Shown: positions 12,831 to 27,429 of the stretch, one piece after another
Layout: each line of letters starts with the position of its first letter
Position numbering within the stretch: position 1 is the first letter of the stretch
From: Mobula birostris
Lineage: Eukaryota
DNA: 64,000 bases
NCBI RefSeq assembly: GCF_030028105.1
Contig: NC_092379.1
Span: forward strand, 18,887,309-18,951,308
Direction: 5' to 3'
Notes under the pieces: model-generated
What the model was told of the DNA's origin: nothing
What the model saw: the letters and a program-made list of their open reading frames with translations, nothing else
Databases searched by the model: none
Position numbers and translations under genes: made by a program

Positions 12831-15626
12831 ATTATATTAACTTCCTGCCATAGGGATTGCGTTTACCAGTCTATAGTTTCTGGCATTTTATGGGATCGAT
12901 TCCCATCAATGAGAGGACTCCTTCATCCGGTTATCAGCAGTCATTTGGACAAAGCCCCAGGATGAGATTGAAAGGAAGAAATCTCAGTCTGTCTCTGTGG
13001 GAATGCCCCCAAACGCAGTATTGTGCAAAAATATACTTGGATCAGAATTTGGAGAGTCACACGTTCACAAAGTCGGGGAGATTTCCAGTGCCTAGAACAC
13101 AGGGTGCAGAGCAGGAAGTGAGAAACATGTCCCGGATTTGGATATTAGTCCAGTACACTGGCCTTTGAGGATCTCTCCCTCGTACTCTGACCTCTCCCTC
13201 CTTGTCCTTCCTTGTTTCCCTCCCTCTTTCACCTTCCACCTTCTCTATTCATTTCATCAAGGGGTTGAGTTGGTGATGCAGATACACAAGTTCAGATCAC
13301 ATCACGGCAGCTGGGATGTTTAAACTCAGTTCATTAAACATGTAACTGTGGCTTTGACGAAATGGATTGATGTCCGTGTTTCAAGGAAGGGAATCTACTG
13401 ACTTTACCTGGTCTGGCCTGTATATGTCTCCAGGCCCACGGTAATGTAATTGACCTTTAACTGCACTGTGAAATGACCCAGTAATCCACCCAGTTCAAGA
13501 GCAGTTGGGATGGGAAAGAAATGTTGTTCTACTCACATCTCATGACTGAATAACTAAAAGTCATCCACGGTTATATTGTATCATGACGGATCCATCACAG
13601 TTTAGATTTGTGATCAATCCCATGAGATTGGGATTGATTTTAATTTAAATTGCAGATATAGCATTAGGAATGACTCTTGTCAATAGTTGGATTGGCCAGT
13701 CCTGCTTACACATGAGTGACCAGTGTAAGTTCAGGTTATGGGCATGGGAAATCTCCACAGGATCTGGTCCTAAGTCATCTCCTTAGCTGCAATAACTTCC
13801 CCAGTATCTGAGTCAGTGCCATGCCCCCTCATGACATGCTCTGCACTCCAGGTTATGGGCACAGGGAGTCTCCTACAATACATGATTGTGGGTGCAGTCT
13901 CTAAAATCTGCTCCATATATATTTTCCCAAATGTCCGAACATGGTGCATTCCTCAGATATGGGGTTGGGAATCTGATACTCGGATTCTTCCAAATAGCTG
14001 ATTTTAAATTGCTTCTCAAACATGGGAATCACCACCCTTCCCGAAGATCATTCGTGCATTCCCAAGCTCTTGTCATACTTCCTCATGAATGATGTTGAGA
14101 ATTAACCACAATTTCTGGTCCTGTGGAGGAGTATTTTTCTCATTGTCTGCTCTTTCATAGTTTTCCCCAATGTCTATTCCTGGAGTATATTCCTTCAATA
14201 TCTGGTCCTGTGTGCCTTCCTCTAATGTCTGTCCCTTGGACTTACTCTGCTCAAATCAGGTGCTGGTGTCCATCACACAAACATCTGTTGTATTCTATTC
14301 TATCTTGGTTTGCATTAATTTCGTACCTGTTTATCTTTTCTACTCCTGGTGTTGTATTTTCCTGCATTGGCATATTTTAAAAAAAATGCTATTTCTTGCT
14401 GACATCCCATTCAAACATGTGCCTGGTCGATATCCAGTTCTGCTTCACCTGTACTTGTACCAACACCTCCACACTCTCTGATGGGTTTCCTTCAGCTTAG
14501 CACCGAGCAGGCCAAAAGCTTTGGTCCCCACAGTAAGTTCTGTTTCACGGCAGTGATGCTGTTAAGTGCCTTTTCAGTGGCCTGAGAACAAAAATTCAGG
14601 GTGACTTGACAGTTCACTGTAGTGCAGAGGGACAAAGGTGCTGCCTTTCAGCTGAGACATTGAAGGGAGATTGTGCATACAATGGAGAAGCTCCTGTACC
14701 TACAGCTTTATAGGACATGGAGGGTGGAGATTAGGATAATGTGTTGAAATATGGGATTGAGACCCTCATTATTAAACATTCCACCAATATCTGTATCTGG
14801 GATGTGTAACACGGTTCTGAAAAACTCTTCCAATGGGCCTCTGTGTTTTCCTGAATATCTTTCTCAGGGTGCAGCACCTTGGTATTCCTACCATGGGAAA
14901 TCCATTAAGAACATGAACAGTATGTGTGGGGCTACACTCATATATCACAGGCTGGAAATCTCTCCGATATTTGTCCCGGGATGCACTACCCATTTGTTGT
15001 ACTTGGACGCATGTGAAGTCACTGCAGTGATGAGGGAACTAAGATGGGCTGAATGGTTTTATCAACTCCAGACACTTCATTTTCTCATTTACTTTGTTTT
15101 TTAATTCACATAATTTCAAATCATGATATAAACTCCAGCAGAATAATGAAAGAAAAGCTACAGGCAATGATTTCCATAACGTCTGATTTCCAAAATATGA
15201 CAGAACAAGATCCCAAGCCCCCTCTCCACCACAATCCCCGTCCCCATGTCAACTTCTTGCTCCATAACAATAATACCCATTTCCTCACCTCCCTCTTCTC
15301 TTTCACTAAGCACACCCATATTCCCCGCTCCCCATTCCCAAGCCTTAACCCTGCCTTCCTCTGCCCTCCTGTATACCCCCTCCAGTGTCACATATCCTGC
15401 CATTTTCCCAATGTATCATCCACTGCTGTCCCTCCACCCACCGAACCGGCTCTGTGCCCCCATTTCCCATCTGGCATCCCCGGTACATTTAGAGGTTTAT
15501 TTCCTGAAATGAGCAGTTGCAGTGCAGTAGCCTCGGATTGCCGAGTGAGTGAGATGGAGACTCCATTTCCAAACATCGCAGCCACACGGGGATCTCTTGA
15601 CTGAATGTGGGGCGTGTGTCTGCTGG

Positions 15627-15638
15627 TCACTGCTGAAC
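15627..15638 (-). CDS. Candidate IgW TM2 exon (VQQ*), with poly(A) signal at 15496-15501
   Basis: Acceptor actctcctgtctatatttcag|GTT CAG CAG TGA; phase 0 matches the TM1 donor (..ATC AAG|gt); AATAAA about 125 nt after the stop; lies in a non-repeat island. Confidence 0.5.
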   Translation of the reverse strand, partial: VQQ

Positions 15639-15869
15639 CTGAAATATAGACAGGAGAGTATGATATTGTGTGTGACAAGGTGCAGCACAGACATTAACCT
15701 GTGAGGACAGGTGAACTAAATAACAGATGGTCTGTCCTCATTCCAGGAGGTGGAATCCCATAAAGAGATGTCTGTCATTAGTCTCCGAGGTCACACCAAA
15801 ACAAAAACCTGAATACCAGTTCAGACCTTTAGGGTGATCCACAGTTGGGCTAATGTTTTAGTTCCTGAC

Positions 15870-17590
15870 TAAAACCATAAGATAAGACATAGGAGCAGAA
15901 TTAGGCCATTTGGCCCATTGAGTCTGCTCCAGCATTTCATCATGGCTGATCCAATTTCCCTCTCAGCCCCAATTACCTGCCTTCTCCCAGTATCCCTTCA
16001 TGTCCTGACTAATCAAGAATCTATCAACCTCTTCCTTACATATACCCAGTGAGTTGGGTACCACAGCTGCCTGTGGCAATGAATTATACAGATTTTCCAC
16101 TCTCTGGCTAAAGAAATTCCCCTTCACCTCTGTCACCATCACATCAGCCAGTGCATTCCAGACATCCTCCACTCTCTGAGTATAAAACTAAGCCCTCACA
16201 TCCCCTTGATCCTATCCCCCTCACCTAAAATTCATGCTCTCTGGTAATACATATTTCAACCCTGGGAAAGAGATACTCTCTCTCCACTCTATCTTTGTCT
16301 CTCATAATCTTGTAAACCTCGAGTAGATCCCGCACCCCCCAGCCTCCAAAGCTCCAGAGAAAACAACCCAAGTTTATGTGGCCTCTCCTGATTGCATGTT
16401 CCCTCGAAACCAGGCAGCATCCTGGCAAACCTCCTCTACACCCTCTCCAAAGCCTCAACATCCTTCCAATAGTAGGGCAACCAGAATTGTCCGCAATACT
16501 TCAGTGTGGTCTAACCTGAGTTTTATAAAGTTGTAACATAACCTCCTGACTTTTGAACTCAATGCCTCGATTAATAAAAGCAAGCATTCCTTAAACCTTG
16601 TTAACCAATTTATTGACCTGTGTAGCCACTTTCAAGGAGTATGACCTTGGATCCTATGATCTCTCTGCTTAACAATACTGTAAAAGACCTTCCCCTTAAA
16701 GGTGTACTGTCTCTTTACATTTGCCCTCCTGAGGTGTAACACCTCACATTTATCTGGATTAATCTCCATCTGCCATTTCTGAGTCCACATCTGCAGCTGA
16801 TCAATGTTGTGCTGTATTCTTTGCCAGTCTTGCACACTATCCACAACTCCACCAGCCTTGGTATCATTCGCAAATTTACAAATCCACTCATCCACATTTT
16901 CATCCAGATTACTTATATACATTACAAACAGCAGAAGTCCCAGCACAGATACCTATGGGACTTCACTAATTACCGACCGCCAGCTTGAACAAATCCCCTA
17001 AACCATTAGCCTCTGTCTTCTATTCGCAAGCCAGTTCTGAATCCAAACAGCTGGTTTGCCACGGACCCCATGTATCTTAATCTTCTGGATTAGCCTCCCA
17101 TGAGGGACTTTGTCAAATGCCTTACTAAAATTCATGTGGACAGCATCCACTGCCCTACCGTCATCAATCTGTCTTACCTTGTCAAAAAACTATCAAGTTG
17201 TAAGGCACAACCTGCCACGCATAAAGCCATGCTGGCTCTCCCTAATTAGGCCATGGCTTTCCAAAAGGGGATATCGAGGTACAACATTAGCCACTCGCCA
17301 GTCCTCTGAGAACTCACCTGTGGCAAGATAGGACACAAAGAGACTGGTCTCTTGCCTCCTTCAATAACCTGGAGTAAATCCCATCTGGGCTGTAGGACAT
17401 CCATCTTAATCCTGATCAAGAGGCCCAACACTTCCTCCTCCTTGACTCTAAATGCCCAAATGTATTTATCTCCTCAGCACTGATCTCCATATCCTTTTCT
17501 TTGGTAAATACTGAAGCAAAGTACTCATTTGGCACCTCATTCATATTCTCTGCATCCAAGCAAATATTACCGCTCCCCCCATCCTTGAGT
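15870..17590 (-). mobile_element. CR1 LINE fragments (several 3' pieces)
   Basis: ICKFANDTKAGG, GNFFSQRVENL, typical CR1 3' UTR (ggagcagaattaggcc...). Confidence 0.8.
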
Positions 17591-17734
17591 GGTCACATCC
17601 TCTCCTGAGTTATCCTCTTATTCTTGATGTATGTATAAAATGCCTTGAGATTCACCTTAATCCTACTTGTCAAGGACTTTTCATGGCCCCTCCTGGCTTC
17701 CGTCATTCCCTTTAGTTCCTTTATATAGAACATA

Positions 17735-20540
17735 GAACATAGAATTGTACAGCACATTATAGGCCCTTCGGCCCACAATATTGTGCCGACCCTCAAACTC
17801 TGCCTCCCATATAACCCCCCCACCTTAAAGTCCTCCATATACCTGTCTAGTAGTCTCTTAAATTTCACTAGTGTATCTGCCTCCACCACTGACTCAGGCA
17901 GTGCGTTCCATGCACCAAGCACTCTGAGTGAAAAACCTTCCTCTAATATCCCCCTTGAACTTCCCACCCCTAACCTTAAAGCCATGTCCTCTTGTATGGA
18001 GCAGTGGTGCCCTGGGGAAGAGGCGCTGGCTGTCCACTCTATCTATTCCTCTTAATATCTTGTACACCTCTGTCATGTCTATGGGAGAGTATAGGAGCAG
18101 GGATGTGATGTTGAGGCTCTATAAGGTGCTGGTGAAACCTCACTTGGAGTACTGTGGGCAGTTTTGGTCTCCTTATTTAAGAAAGGATGTGCTGACGTTG
18201 GAGAGGGTACAGAGAAGATTCACTAGAATGATTCCGGGAATGAGCGGGTTAACATATGAGGAACATTTGTCTGCTCTTGGACTGTATTCCTTGGAGTTTA
18301 GAAGAATGAGGGGAGACCTCATAGAAACATTTCGAATGTTGAAAGCAACGGACAGAGTGGATGTGGCCAAGTTGTTTCCCATGATGAGGGAGTCTAGTAC
18401 GAGAGGGCATGACTTAAGGATTGAAGGGCGCCCATTCAGTACAGAGATGCAAAGAAAATTTTTTAGCCAGAGGGTGGTGAATCTATGGAATTTGTTGCCA
18501 CGGGCAGTAGTGGAGGCCAAGTCATTGGGTGTATTTAAGGCAGAGATTGATAGGTATCTGAGTAGCCAGGGCATCAAAGGTTATGGTGAGAAGGCGGGGA
18601 GTGGGACTAAATGGGAGAATGAATCAGCTCATGATAAAACGGCGGAGCAGACTCGATGGGCCAAATGGCCGACTTCTGCTCCTTTGTCTTATGGTCTTTT
18701 GTCTCTTGTCATCCTCCTTCTCTCCAAAGAGTAAAGCCCTAGCTCCCTTAATCTCTAATCCATACTCTCTAAACCAGGCAGCATCCTGGTGAAACTCCTC
18801 TGTACCCTTTCCAATGCTTCCACATCCTTCCTATAGTGAGGCAACCAGAACTGTACACAGTACTCCAAGTGTGGCCTAACCAGAGTTTTACAGAGCTGCA
18901 TCATTACCTCGCGACTCTTAAACTCTATCCCTTGACTTATGAAAGCTAACACCCCATAAGCTTTCTTAACTACCCTATCAACCTGTGAGGCAAATTTCGG
19001 GGTTCTGTGGACATGTACCCCCAGATCTCTCTGCTCCTCCACACTACCAAGTATCCTGCTATTTACTATGTACTCTGACTTGGAGTTTGTCCTTCCAAAG
19101 TGTACTACCTCACAATTCTCCGGGTTGAACTCCATCTGCCACTTCTCAGCCCACTTCTGCATCCTATCAATGTCTCTGCAATCTTCGACAATCCTCTATA
19201 CTATCAACAACACCACTAACCTTTGTGTCATCTGCAAACTTGCCAACCCACCCTCCTACCCCGACATCCAGGTCATTAATAAAAATCACAAATAGTAGAG
19301 GTCTCAGAACCAATCCTTGTAGGACACCAAAAGTCACAACCCTCTAATCCAAATGTTCTCCCTCCACCATGACCCTCTGCCTTCTGCAGGCAAGCCAGTT
19401 CTGAATCCACCTGGCCAAACTTCCCTGGATCCCATGCCTTCTGACTTCTGAATAAGCCTACTGTGTGAAACCTTGTCAAATGCCTTACTAAAATCCATGT
19501 AGATCACAACTGCACTACCCTCATCTATATGCCTGGTCACCTCGTCAAAGAACTCCATCAGGCTTGTTGGACACGATCTGCCCTTCACAAAGCCATGCTG
19601 ACTGTCCCTGATCAGACTATGATTCTCTAAATGCCCATAGATCCTATCTCTAAGAATCTTTTCCAAAAGCTTTCCCACCACAGACGTAAGGCTCACTGGA
19701 CTATGATTACCTGGACTATCCCTACTTCCTTTTTTGAACAAGGGGACAACATTCGCCTCCCTCCAATCCTCCGGTACCATTTCCGTGGACAACGAGGACA
19801 TAAAGATCCTTGCCAGAGGCTGAGCACTCTCTTCCCTCGCCTCGTGGAGCAGCCTGGGGAATATTCCATCAGGCCCTGGGGACTTATCCATCCTAATGTA
19901 TTTTAATAACTCCAACACCTCCTCTCCCTTAATATCGACATGCTCCAGAACATCAACATCACTCATATTGTCCTCACCGTCTTCAAGTTCCCTCTCATTG
20001 GTGAATACTGAAGAGAAGTATTCATTGAGCACCTTGCTCACTTCCACAACCTCCAGGCACATCTTCCCACCTTTATCTCTAATCGGTCCTATCTTCACTC
20101 CTGTCATCCTTTTGTTCTTCACATAATTGAAAAATACCTTGGGGTTTTCCTTTATCCTACTCGCCAAGGCCTTTTCATACCCCCTTCTTGCTCCTCAGCC
20201 CCTTCTTTTGCTCCTTTCTTGCTTCCCTATATTCTTCAATAGACCCATCTGATCTTTGCTTCCTAAACCTCATGTATGCTGCCTTCTTCCACCTGACTAG
20301 ATTTTCCACCTCACTTGTCAACCATGGTTCCTTCACCCTACCATTCCTTATCTTTCTCACTGGGACAAATTTATCCTTAACATCCTGCAAGAGATCCCTA
20401 AACATCGACCACATGTCCACAGTACATTTCCCTGCAAAAACATCATCCCAATTCACACCCGCAAGTTCTAGCCTTAATGCATCAAAATTTGCCCTTCCCC
20501 AATTAAAAATTTTCCAATCCTCTCTGATTCTATCCTTTTC
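17735..20540 (-). mobile_element. CR1 LINE ORF2 plus 3' end, with a nested plus-strand CR1
   Basis: ORFs 20175-20543, 19334-20167, 18755-19162, 17894-18076; very similar to the copies at 930-3310 and 53390-54605; (ctatgtt)n tail near 17730. Confidence 0.9.
18080..18697 (+). mobile_element. CR1 3' fragment of another subfamily, nested in the minus-strand CR1
   Basis: EYRSRDVMLRLYKVLVKPHLEYC...; the host sequence catgtct^cctctcatcc is split, with TGTCT on both sides. Confidence 0.8.
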
Positions 20541-20544
20541 CATG

Positions 20545-22900
20545 ATTTATACTCCTCACGTGCTTCATTTGATTCAAACTTCTGAAGGTTTACATACTTT
20601 TTCTTCTTGACTAAGTTCATCACATCTCTGGATATCCAAAGTTCTCTTATATTTCCATCCCCATCCTTCCTTCTAACAGGTACATACCTTTCCTGTACTC
20701 TGTGTAATTGCTCTTTAAACATCTTCCACTCTTTAAGAAGGGAGGAAGGCAAAAAAAAGGAAATTATAGGTCAGTTAGCCAAAACTCAGTGGCTGGGAAA
20801 GTGTTGGAGTCTCTTATTAAGGATGAGTTTTTGGGGTATTTGGAGACTAATGATGATATAAGTCAAAGTCAACATCGTCTCTACAATGGGAAATCTTGCC
20901 TGACAAATCTGTTAGAGTTCTTCAAGGAAGTAACAAGCAGGGTGGACAAAGGAGAGGCAGTGGATGTCATTTACTTGGATTTTCAGAAGGCATTTGTTAA
21001 GGTGCCACACTTGAGGCTACTCAACAAGATAAAATCCGATGATGTTACAGGAAACGTACCGGCATGGATAGAGGAATGGCTGACAGGCAGCAGGCAGTGA
21101 GTGGGAATAAGAGGGGCCTTCTCTGGTTGGTTGCCATTGACGAGTGATGTTCCGCAGGGATCAGTATTGAGACCGCTACTTTTCAGATTGTTTGTTTATG
21201 ACTTTGATAATGGAATTGATGGCTTTGTGGCAAAGTATGAAGATAGGTAGAGGGGTAGATAGTGCTGAGGAAGCAATGCAATTGCAGCATGACTTAGACA
21301 AATTGGAAGATTTGGAAAAAAGTGGCAGATGAATTACAATCTAGGGAAATGTATGATAATGCATTTTGGTAAAAGGAACAATAGTGCGGACTATTATCTA
21401 AATGCGGAGAAGGTTCAAACATCAGAGGTGCAAAGGGACTTAGGAATCCTTGTGTAAGATTCCCAGAAGGTTAATTTACAGGTCAAGCCTGTGATGAAGA
21501 AAGCAAATGGAATGTTGGCATTTATTTCAAGGGGAATAGAATATCAAAGCAAGGAGATAACGCAGAGGCTTCATAAGACACTAATCAGGCCACACTTGGC
21601 ATACTGTCATCGGTTTTGGGCCCAATATCTCAGAAAGGATGTGTTTTCATTGGAGAGTCCAGAGAAGGTTCATGAGGATGATTCCAGGAATGACGGAGTT
21701 AAGGTATGAGGAGCAAATGGCAGATTTGGGCCTGTACTCACTGGAATTTAGTAGAATGCGGGGGAATCTCAGTTACCAAATGTTTACCAAACATCTACCA
21801 AATGTTGAAAAGACTAGATAGGATGGATGTGGAGTGTATGTTTCCTCTGGTGGGGGTATATGGAACAAGAGAGCACAGCCTCAAACTTGAGGGGCAATCT
21901 TTTAGAACAAAGGTAAGGAGGAATTTTTTTAGCCTGAAAATGCTGAATCTGCGGAATGCTCTGCCACAAACTGCAGTAGAGGCCAAATCATGGATGTATT
22001 TAAGGTGGAAGTTAATAGTTTCCTAATCGGTCAGGGCATCAAAGAATATGGCGAGAAGGCAGGTGTATGAGGTTGAGTGGAGTCTGGGATCAGCCGTGAT
22101 GGAATAGCAGGGCAGCCTTGATGGGCTGAATGGCCTAATACTGCCCCCGTCTCACGGTCTTATGTCTGATATGGACTTGCCAGAGAAAAGGTGTTCCCAA
22201 TTAACGCTTCTTAGTTCCTGCCTAATGCCCTTGTAGGTTGCCCTGTGTCAATTTAAATCTCTTCCACAAGGACCATACCTATCCTTGTCGATAGCTATCC
22301 CAATCCCAATTTATCCGCATATTGAAATTCCTGATTACTCTCTTAACATTGCACTTTTGACATGCATTTTCTATCTCTCATTGTAATTTGTAGACTGCAT
22401 CTTTGCTACTGTGCGGAGGTCTGTATATAACTCATATCAAGGACTTTACCCTTACTGTTTCTTAGCTCTACCCACAACAACTCTACAACTTCTGATCCTT
22501 TGTCACGTCTTTCTAATGATTTGATTTAATTTTTTTCCCAACACAGCTACACCACGCCTTCTACCTATCTCCCTGTCCTTTCAATTCAATGTTTTTTCTT
22601 TGGGCATCACCCCAAGGTTCATCACCCTTTTCCATTTCAACTCATCCCATTGACTGCAATTTTGCCCTAACATCAGCCTTTGCTTGCTAGCAGACTCACT
22701 ACACACTGCCTCTGTTTGTAAACCAACGAATAGGTCCTCAGCTCTATCACTCCATTTTCCATCCCCTGCCAAATTAGTTCAAACCCTTCTGAACAGCTCC
22801 AGCAAACCTGCCCACAAAGATATTTATCTGCCTTGGATTCACGTGCAACCCATGAATATTCTTCCACCTTTTCCTTATCAAGACCCAGAAGACCCAGCAT
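20545..22900. mobile_element. Mixed CR1 ORF2 fragments (plus-strand RT ~20720-22170; minus-strand pieces on either side)
   Basis: YLDFQKAFVKVPH, KKANGMLAFISRGIEY; frameshifted. Confidence 0.8.
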
Positions 22901-22999
22901 ACTGATGCAGCTTCAGAGAAGGCACAACAGCTGCTGTATTTGTTTAGGAGCTTGAGGAGTTTTGGTATGTCACTGTGGAGAGCAGTCTCACTGCACACT

Positions 23000-24550
23000 G
23001 CTTCTGTTTGTAAACCAACGACAGAATATTATTTACTATCATGATAAATGATATATTTTCTAATAGAAATAGTAGTATTGGAATATCATTATTTGTGGAT
23101 GATGGAGCTATATGGAAAAGGGGTGGGAATGTGGAATTTATAACACGGAAACTTCAAGAAGCAAATGTTAAGGTGGAAGATTGGGCATGAAAATAGGAAT
23201 TCAGATTTTCAGCAGAGAAATCCAAAATAATGTTTTTCACTAGGGAGAGGACAGAACAACACTTGAAGCTATTACTTTATGGTATGGAATTAGAAAATGT
23301 GGATACCTTTAAATTTTTAGGAATCTGGTTTGATAAAAGACTCACATGGTCAACACATAGTAAAGAAATAATAACCAAAAGTAAGAAAGTGCTAAATGTT
23401 ATGAGGTGTTTAAAAGGAAAGGAAAGGGGAGCTGACAGGGGCAATAAGGACAATACCAGTGGTGGCAATGCAGGTGGAGTTTGGAGAGACACCTCTGGAA
23501 CTGAGAAGATCACAACTTGTGTTAACATATTGGGTAAACCTACAAGGGCCTGGAGAACATCATCCAAGTAAACGGCTTTTAGATTGATGCTGGGAAAAGG
23601 AAAGAAAGAAATTCAGAAGTTTTGCATGGACTATTGAAGGGAAAGCAGAAAGGACAGGAGTTAGTAAAAAGGCAGTGAGTGATACAATGCCTTTTCCTGA
23701 GCTGTCTCCATGACTGTGTGAAGCACCAGGGGTGGATCCTAAATTATTCCAAAAGAGACAGAAAAATAGAGAGGTGATTTTAAATCAAGATATAGTTGAA
23801 ACTTATGTAAATAATGGTCATTATGTATATTTACAAATGCAAACAAATGCTTCAAAACTGGCAATATTAGATTAGGGGTAGGATTGGTGGTGCCTGATTT
23901 TAACATGAAAAAGCAGGTGAGGATAGATGATGATTTCTCAGTGTATACAGATGAAATGACAGCTGGACTATTCACTTTGCAGTGGGTGGAGGGGGTAAGA
24001 TCAATTAGATTTGCAATATTGTCTGATTCAAGGACAACAATCAGGAGTCTAAAAGATTTACATTCAGAGGCAAGACGAGACATTGTAAGTAAGGTAATAC
24101 AAACCTTATTTCGACTATATAATAATATCCAGAAAGAAATGGGATGGTTGAGGAATGCAGGAAAGAGCAGGAGGCAGGAGGTGATAACATCAAAATTGAG
24201 ATTTGGGCACACAGGATTAAGGTACATCGTTTTTCATGAAGAAACACAATAATGGGAGTTGTGATTATTGTAATCAACAAGACATAATCAAGAGAGTGGT
24301 TGGTTGATTTTAGAGTTATCACAGAATAAAATTCAATTTAAAATTAACAGCATTTTGCAGAAAGGATTGCAGGATTATTACCTTAAGTATATAATGCAGT
24401 TCGTTAAGAACACAGGTCTTTTTATAAATTTGATACAAATATAAATATGGGGTCAAATTTAAAAATGTGTGTCATGATATGTTGACCCACACTCTGGTTC
24501 AGTAGTGGCGGTAATGCACCCTCAAGCTTTTTGCCAACCACCATAAAAAC
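23000..24550 (+). mobile_element. I/Nimb-clade LINE 3' portion (RT thumb plus RNase H-like domain)
   Basis: FKFLGIWFDKRLTWSTH; SVYTDEMTA...FAILSDS; SKLRFGHTGL; tail ccacactctggttcagtagtggcggtaatgcacc. Confidence 0.7.
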
Positions 24551-24879
24551 CTTAGAACATTATCGACTATTGAAAGGCCCAGACGGGGTTGATGGGGAAA
24601 GGATGTTTGCGAGAGTGTCGGGATGCCAGTATACACAGGCCACTCCCACCATAGGCTGTTTGCCAAGGGAAGACAGGAGGGAAACACCAGAGAAAAAGTC
24701 AGGTAGACACAGTGAACCAGAACTCCCACCTACCTGTTTCTATCCCTGCCGCCATTGGTTAAAAGGTCTGCTGGTCCTCCCACCCGTCTTTCATCTGGTT
24801 AGAGAAACATACAGACCATCTACCTCTATTGGTTGGAGGTCTGCATGTTCCCACCCTCCCTTTTTATCTCCATTGGTTT

Positions 24880-25740
24880 GCGCACAGATCTGACATACGG
24901 CTTGCCCTACCAGTGGTCACATTTTTTAAAGTCGTTGTGGGGGTTGAATCGCATGAAAATTTTTCAGAAAGGTTCAATTCCTCGGCACAGATTCATCCTG
25001 CAAATTAACCATGAGAGAATCCTGCACAAGGATTCACAAAACCCTTTGCATCTCAGAGTTTTGTATTTTCTGTCCATTAGGAAAGAGTCAACCATTTCAT
25101 TTCTTCTACCAAAGAGCATGACCATACAATTCCCAACATTGTATTCCATCTGCCTCTTCTTTGCCCACTCTCCTAATCTAATCTATTTAACTGTTTCTGT
25201 ATTGTCCCTGCTTCCTCAAAACTACTTGCCCCTCGACCTATTGTCTGCAAACTTTCCAACAAATCCATCAAGTCCAACATCCAAATCACTGACATATAAT
25301 GTAAAAAGGTAAAATCTTTCTGAATGTTGTGGTGTACACCATCTGGTCCATGTGACTTATTTACCTTCAGACCTTTCAATTTCTCAAGAATCTTCTCTGT
25401 AATAGTGGTAGCTTCACACACCTCATGACGCCGACACCTGGAACTTCTAACAGACTGCTAGTGTCATCCTCACTGATGCAAGGTATTTATTCAGTTTGTC
25501 CACCATTTTCTTGTCCCCCATTATTACCTCTCCAGTATTTTTTCCAGTGGTCCGATACCCACTCTCGCATCTCTTTTACACTTTATGTATCTGAAGCAAG
25601 ATTTGGTGTTCTCTTTAATACTATTGGGTAGCTAACTTTAGTATTCTGTCTTACTCTTCTTACTGATGTTTTTAGATGCCTTCTGTTGGTTTTAAATGCT
25701 GCCCAATCCTCTAACTTCCCACCAATGCGAGCTCAATGAT
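24880..25740 (-). mobile_element. CR1 ORF2 fragments
   Basis: MEYNVGNCMVMLFG; LKGLKVNKSHGPDGVH. Confidence 0.7.
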
Positions 25741-25819
25741 ATGCCCTGTCTTTGGCTGTTATGTTGCCTTTGACTTCCATTGTTGTGTCATCTTGCCATG
25801 GTTGTGTCATCTTGCCTTT

Positions 25820-27428
25820 TGAACGCTTCTTCCTCCTCAAATCCCCGTCTGAATCCTCAGGCAATGGCAGCGAGGCATTACAGAGGGTTATTTCCCTCTT
25901 GGAAATAGACTTCGAGGTTCAGCGTAAAAGAATCTTTTTCCTTCCTTCAGACCTAGTGGCTGGATTCCATAAGCTTGGCTGCAAGTTCCCCAGACTGTTC
26001 AGATATTTCCTTGGTCCTCTCCTGAACGAGAGGTCCCAACTAGATGGTGTTGGGACTTGCAGTGTATTGACGGGAAATGGCTTGTTCATCCTTGAGGGCA
26101 GGACTTGGTCACTCGAAGGTCTCAGGTTACCTCACACGGAAGGCAGCCCTCTTATTGGTTGTTGGTCACGGGAGAGTCTGAGTCTCAGAACACCATGGCG
26201 CAAACAAACCCTCTTATGATGACTGGAGCAAGCAATGATTCTCCCCTCCCTCCAGTCCACAGCTGGGGACATTCGGCCCACCAGTGACAGTCTTTCCCAC
26301 AGTAAAAGCAGCGACCTTGACTCTGACGCCGGGACCTTTCATCGGCGGAGACTCCAGTACAATCGACCTGCATGGGTCCAACTGGATCTTGAGTCGGCGA
26401 CGGGCTGGTTATGGTCCGAGGTTCGGGGGTGAAACTGCGATGCGTAGGGACTGGGATTGGACCGGCTCACTTTGACTTCCTGAAGTGGTCCCACTTTTGG
26501 TCTGCCAGATGATTATTGAGATGGATGGACTGATCACTCAAAGCTTCTGCGATCTCAGTTGGCTTTCCTGAGGAGAGGCATCCTTCAGTTCATCCGTGGC
26601 AGTAGAACATGCCCACGGCCTCCCCATTCCAACCACTCTTCTGGGCCAAGGTCCAAAATTCGACTGCATTGTCGGCCGCAGACCATACCCACTGTTGAGC
26701 TCGCTGGCACCGATGAGGTGATTAAACACCTTCCTCATGGCAGCCATGAATTCCTCTGAATCCGAAGAGGTCTCAGACCTACATTCCAAATGCGTAGTGG
26801 CCCAGGCCAGGGCTCTTCCAGTCCGGAGAGAGATAATGAAGGCCACCTTTCCTCACTCTGAAGGGAATTGGGACAGCTGTAGTTCAAACATGAATGAGCA
26901 TTGGGTGAAGAGCCATGGCAAGAACCCGAGTCACTGTCGAATCTCTCTGGGGTTGAATGATGTGCTGGCTCCATACAAGCATGAAATGGCTTTTCCAAAC
27001 GACCTTGGCTTCCTCCTTGCAAAAGTTGTTGAATGGCTACCTGGTGTTCGTGAATCTCCAGGCCTTGTCTGGAAATCCTTGTCACCACAGTGGACGAAAG
27101 ATTTTGATATCCCACTGGGTCCATGTTTGCTCAATTGTAATGTGACAAGAGTCCTTGATGAGAATGGTTTGGACCCAATTGCCGGGGTAAACGAAGCAAG
27201 GTTCTAAACACAGTATCAAACTAGATCTGAGCGCAAAACAAATGCTGGATGATATCACCAGTTGGCTTATGATTGAGCACCGAACCTCTGTTCAGCTGTT
27301 CCTTAAATACTTAATTCTTGGTGCCCAAACATGATTATCAATTAGCAGGACCATCCTGATTCCCTAAAGGGGCCATGCCAGCTATCCATACTCCCGGAAG
27401 TTGGTGCAGTTGGGAGTGTCTTGTAATA
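25820..27428 (-). mobile_element. Sushi-like Gypsy: LTR (27136-27428) plus decayed gag, related to the 6.2-9.7 kb element
   Basis: gag start MDPVG just after the LTR end; zinc knuckle MQVD...CFYCGKDCHWWAECP; shares caaacaaaccctctta with ~9645; LTR matches 50959-51281 in reverse. Confidence 0.75.
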
Positions 27429-27429
27429 A

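Noticed and set aside
17928-18734. 268-aa ORF as a host gene
   Set aside because: Chimera of antisense CR1, a nested sense CR1 and antisense CR1 again.
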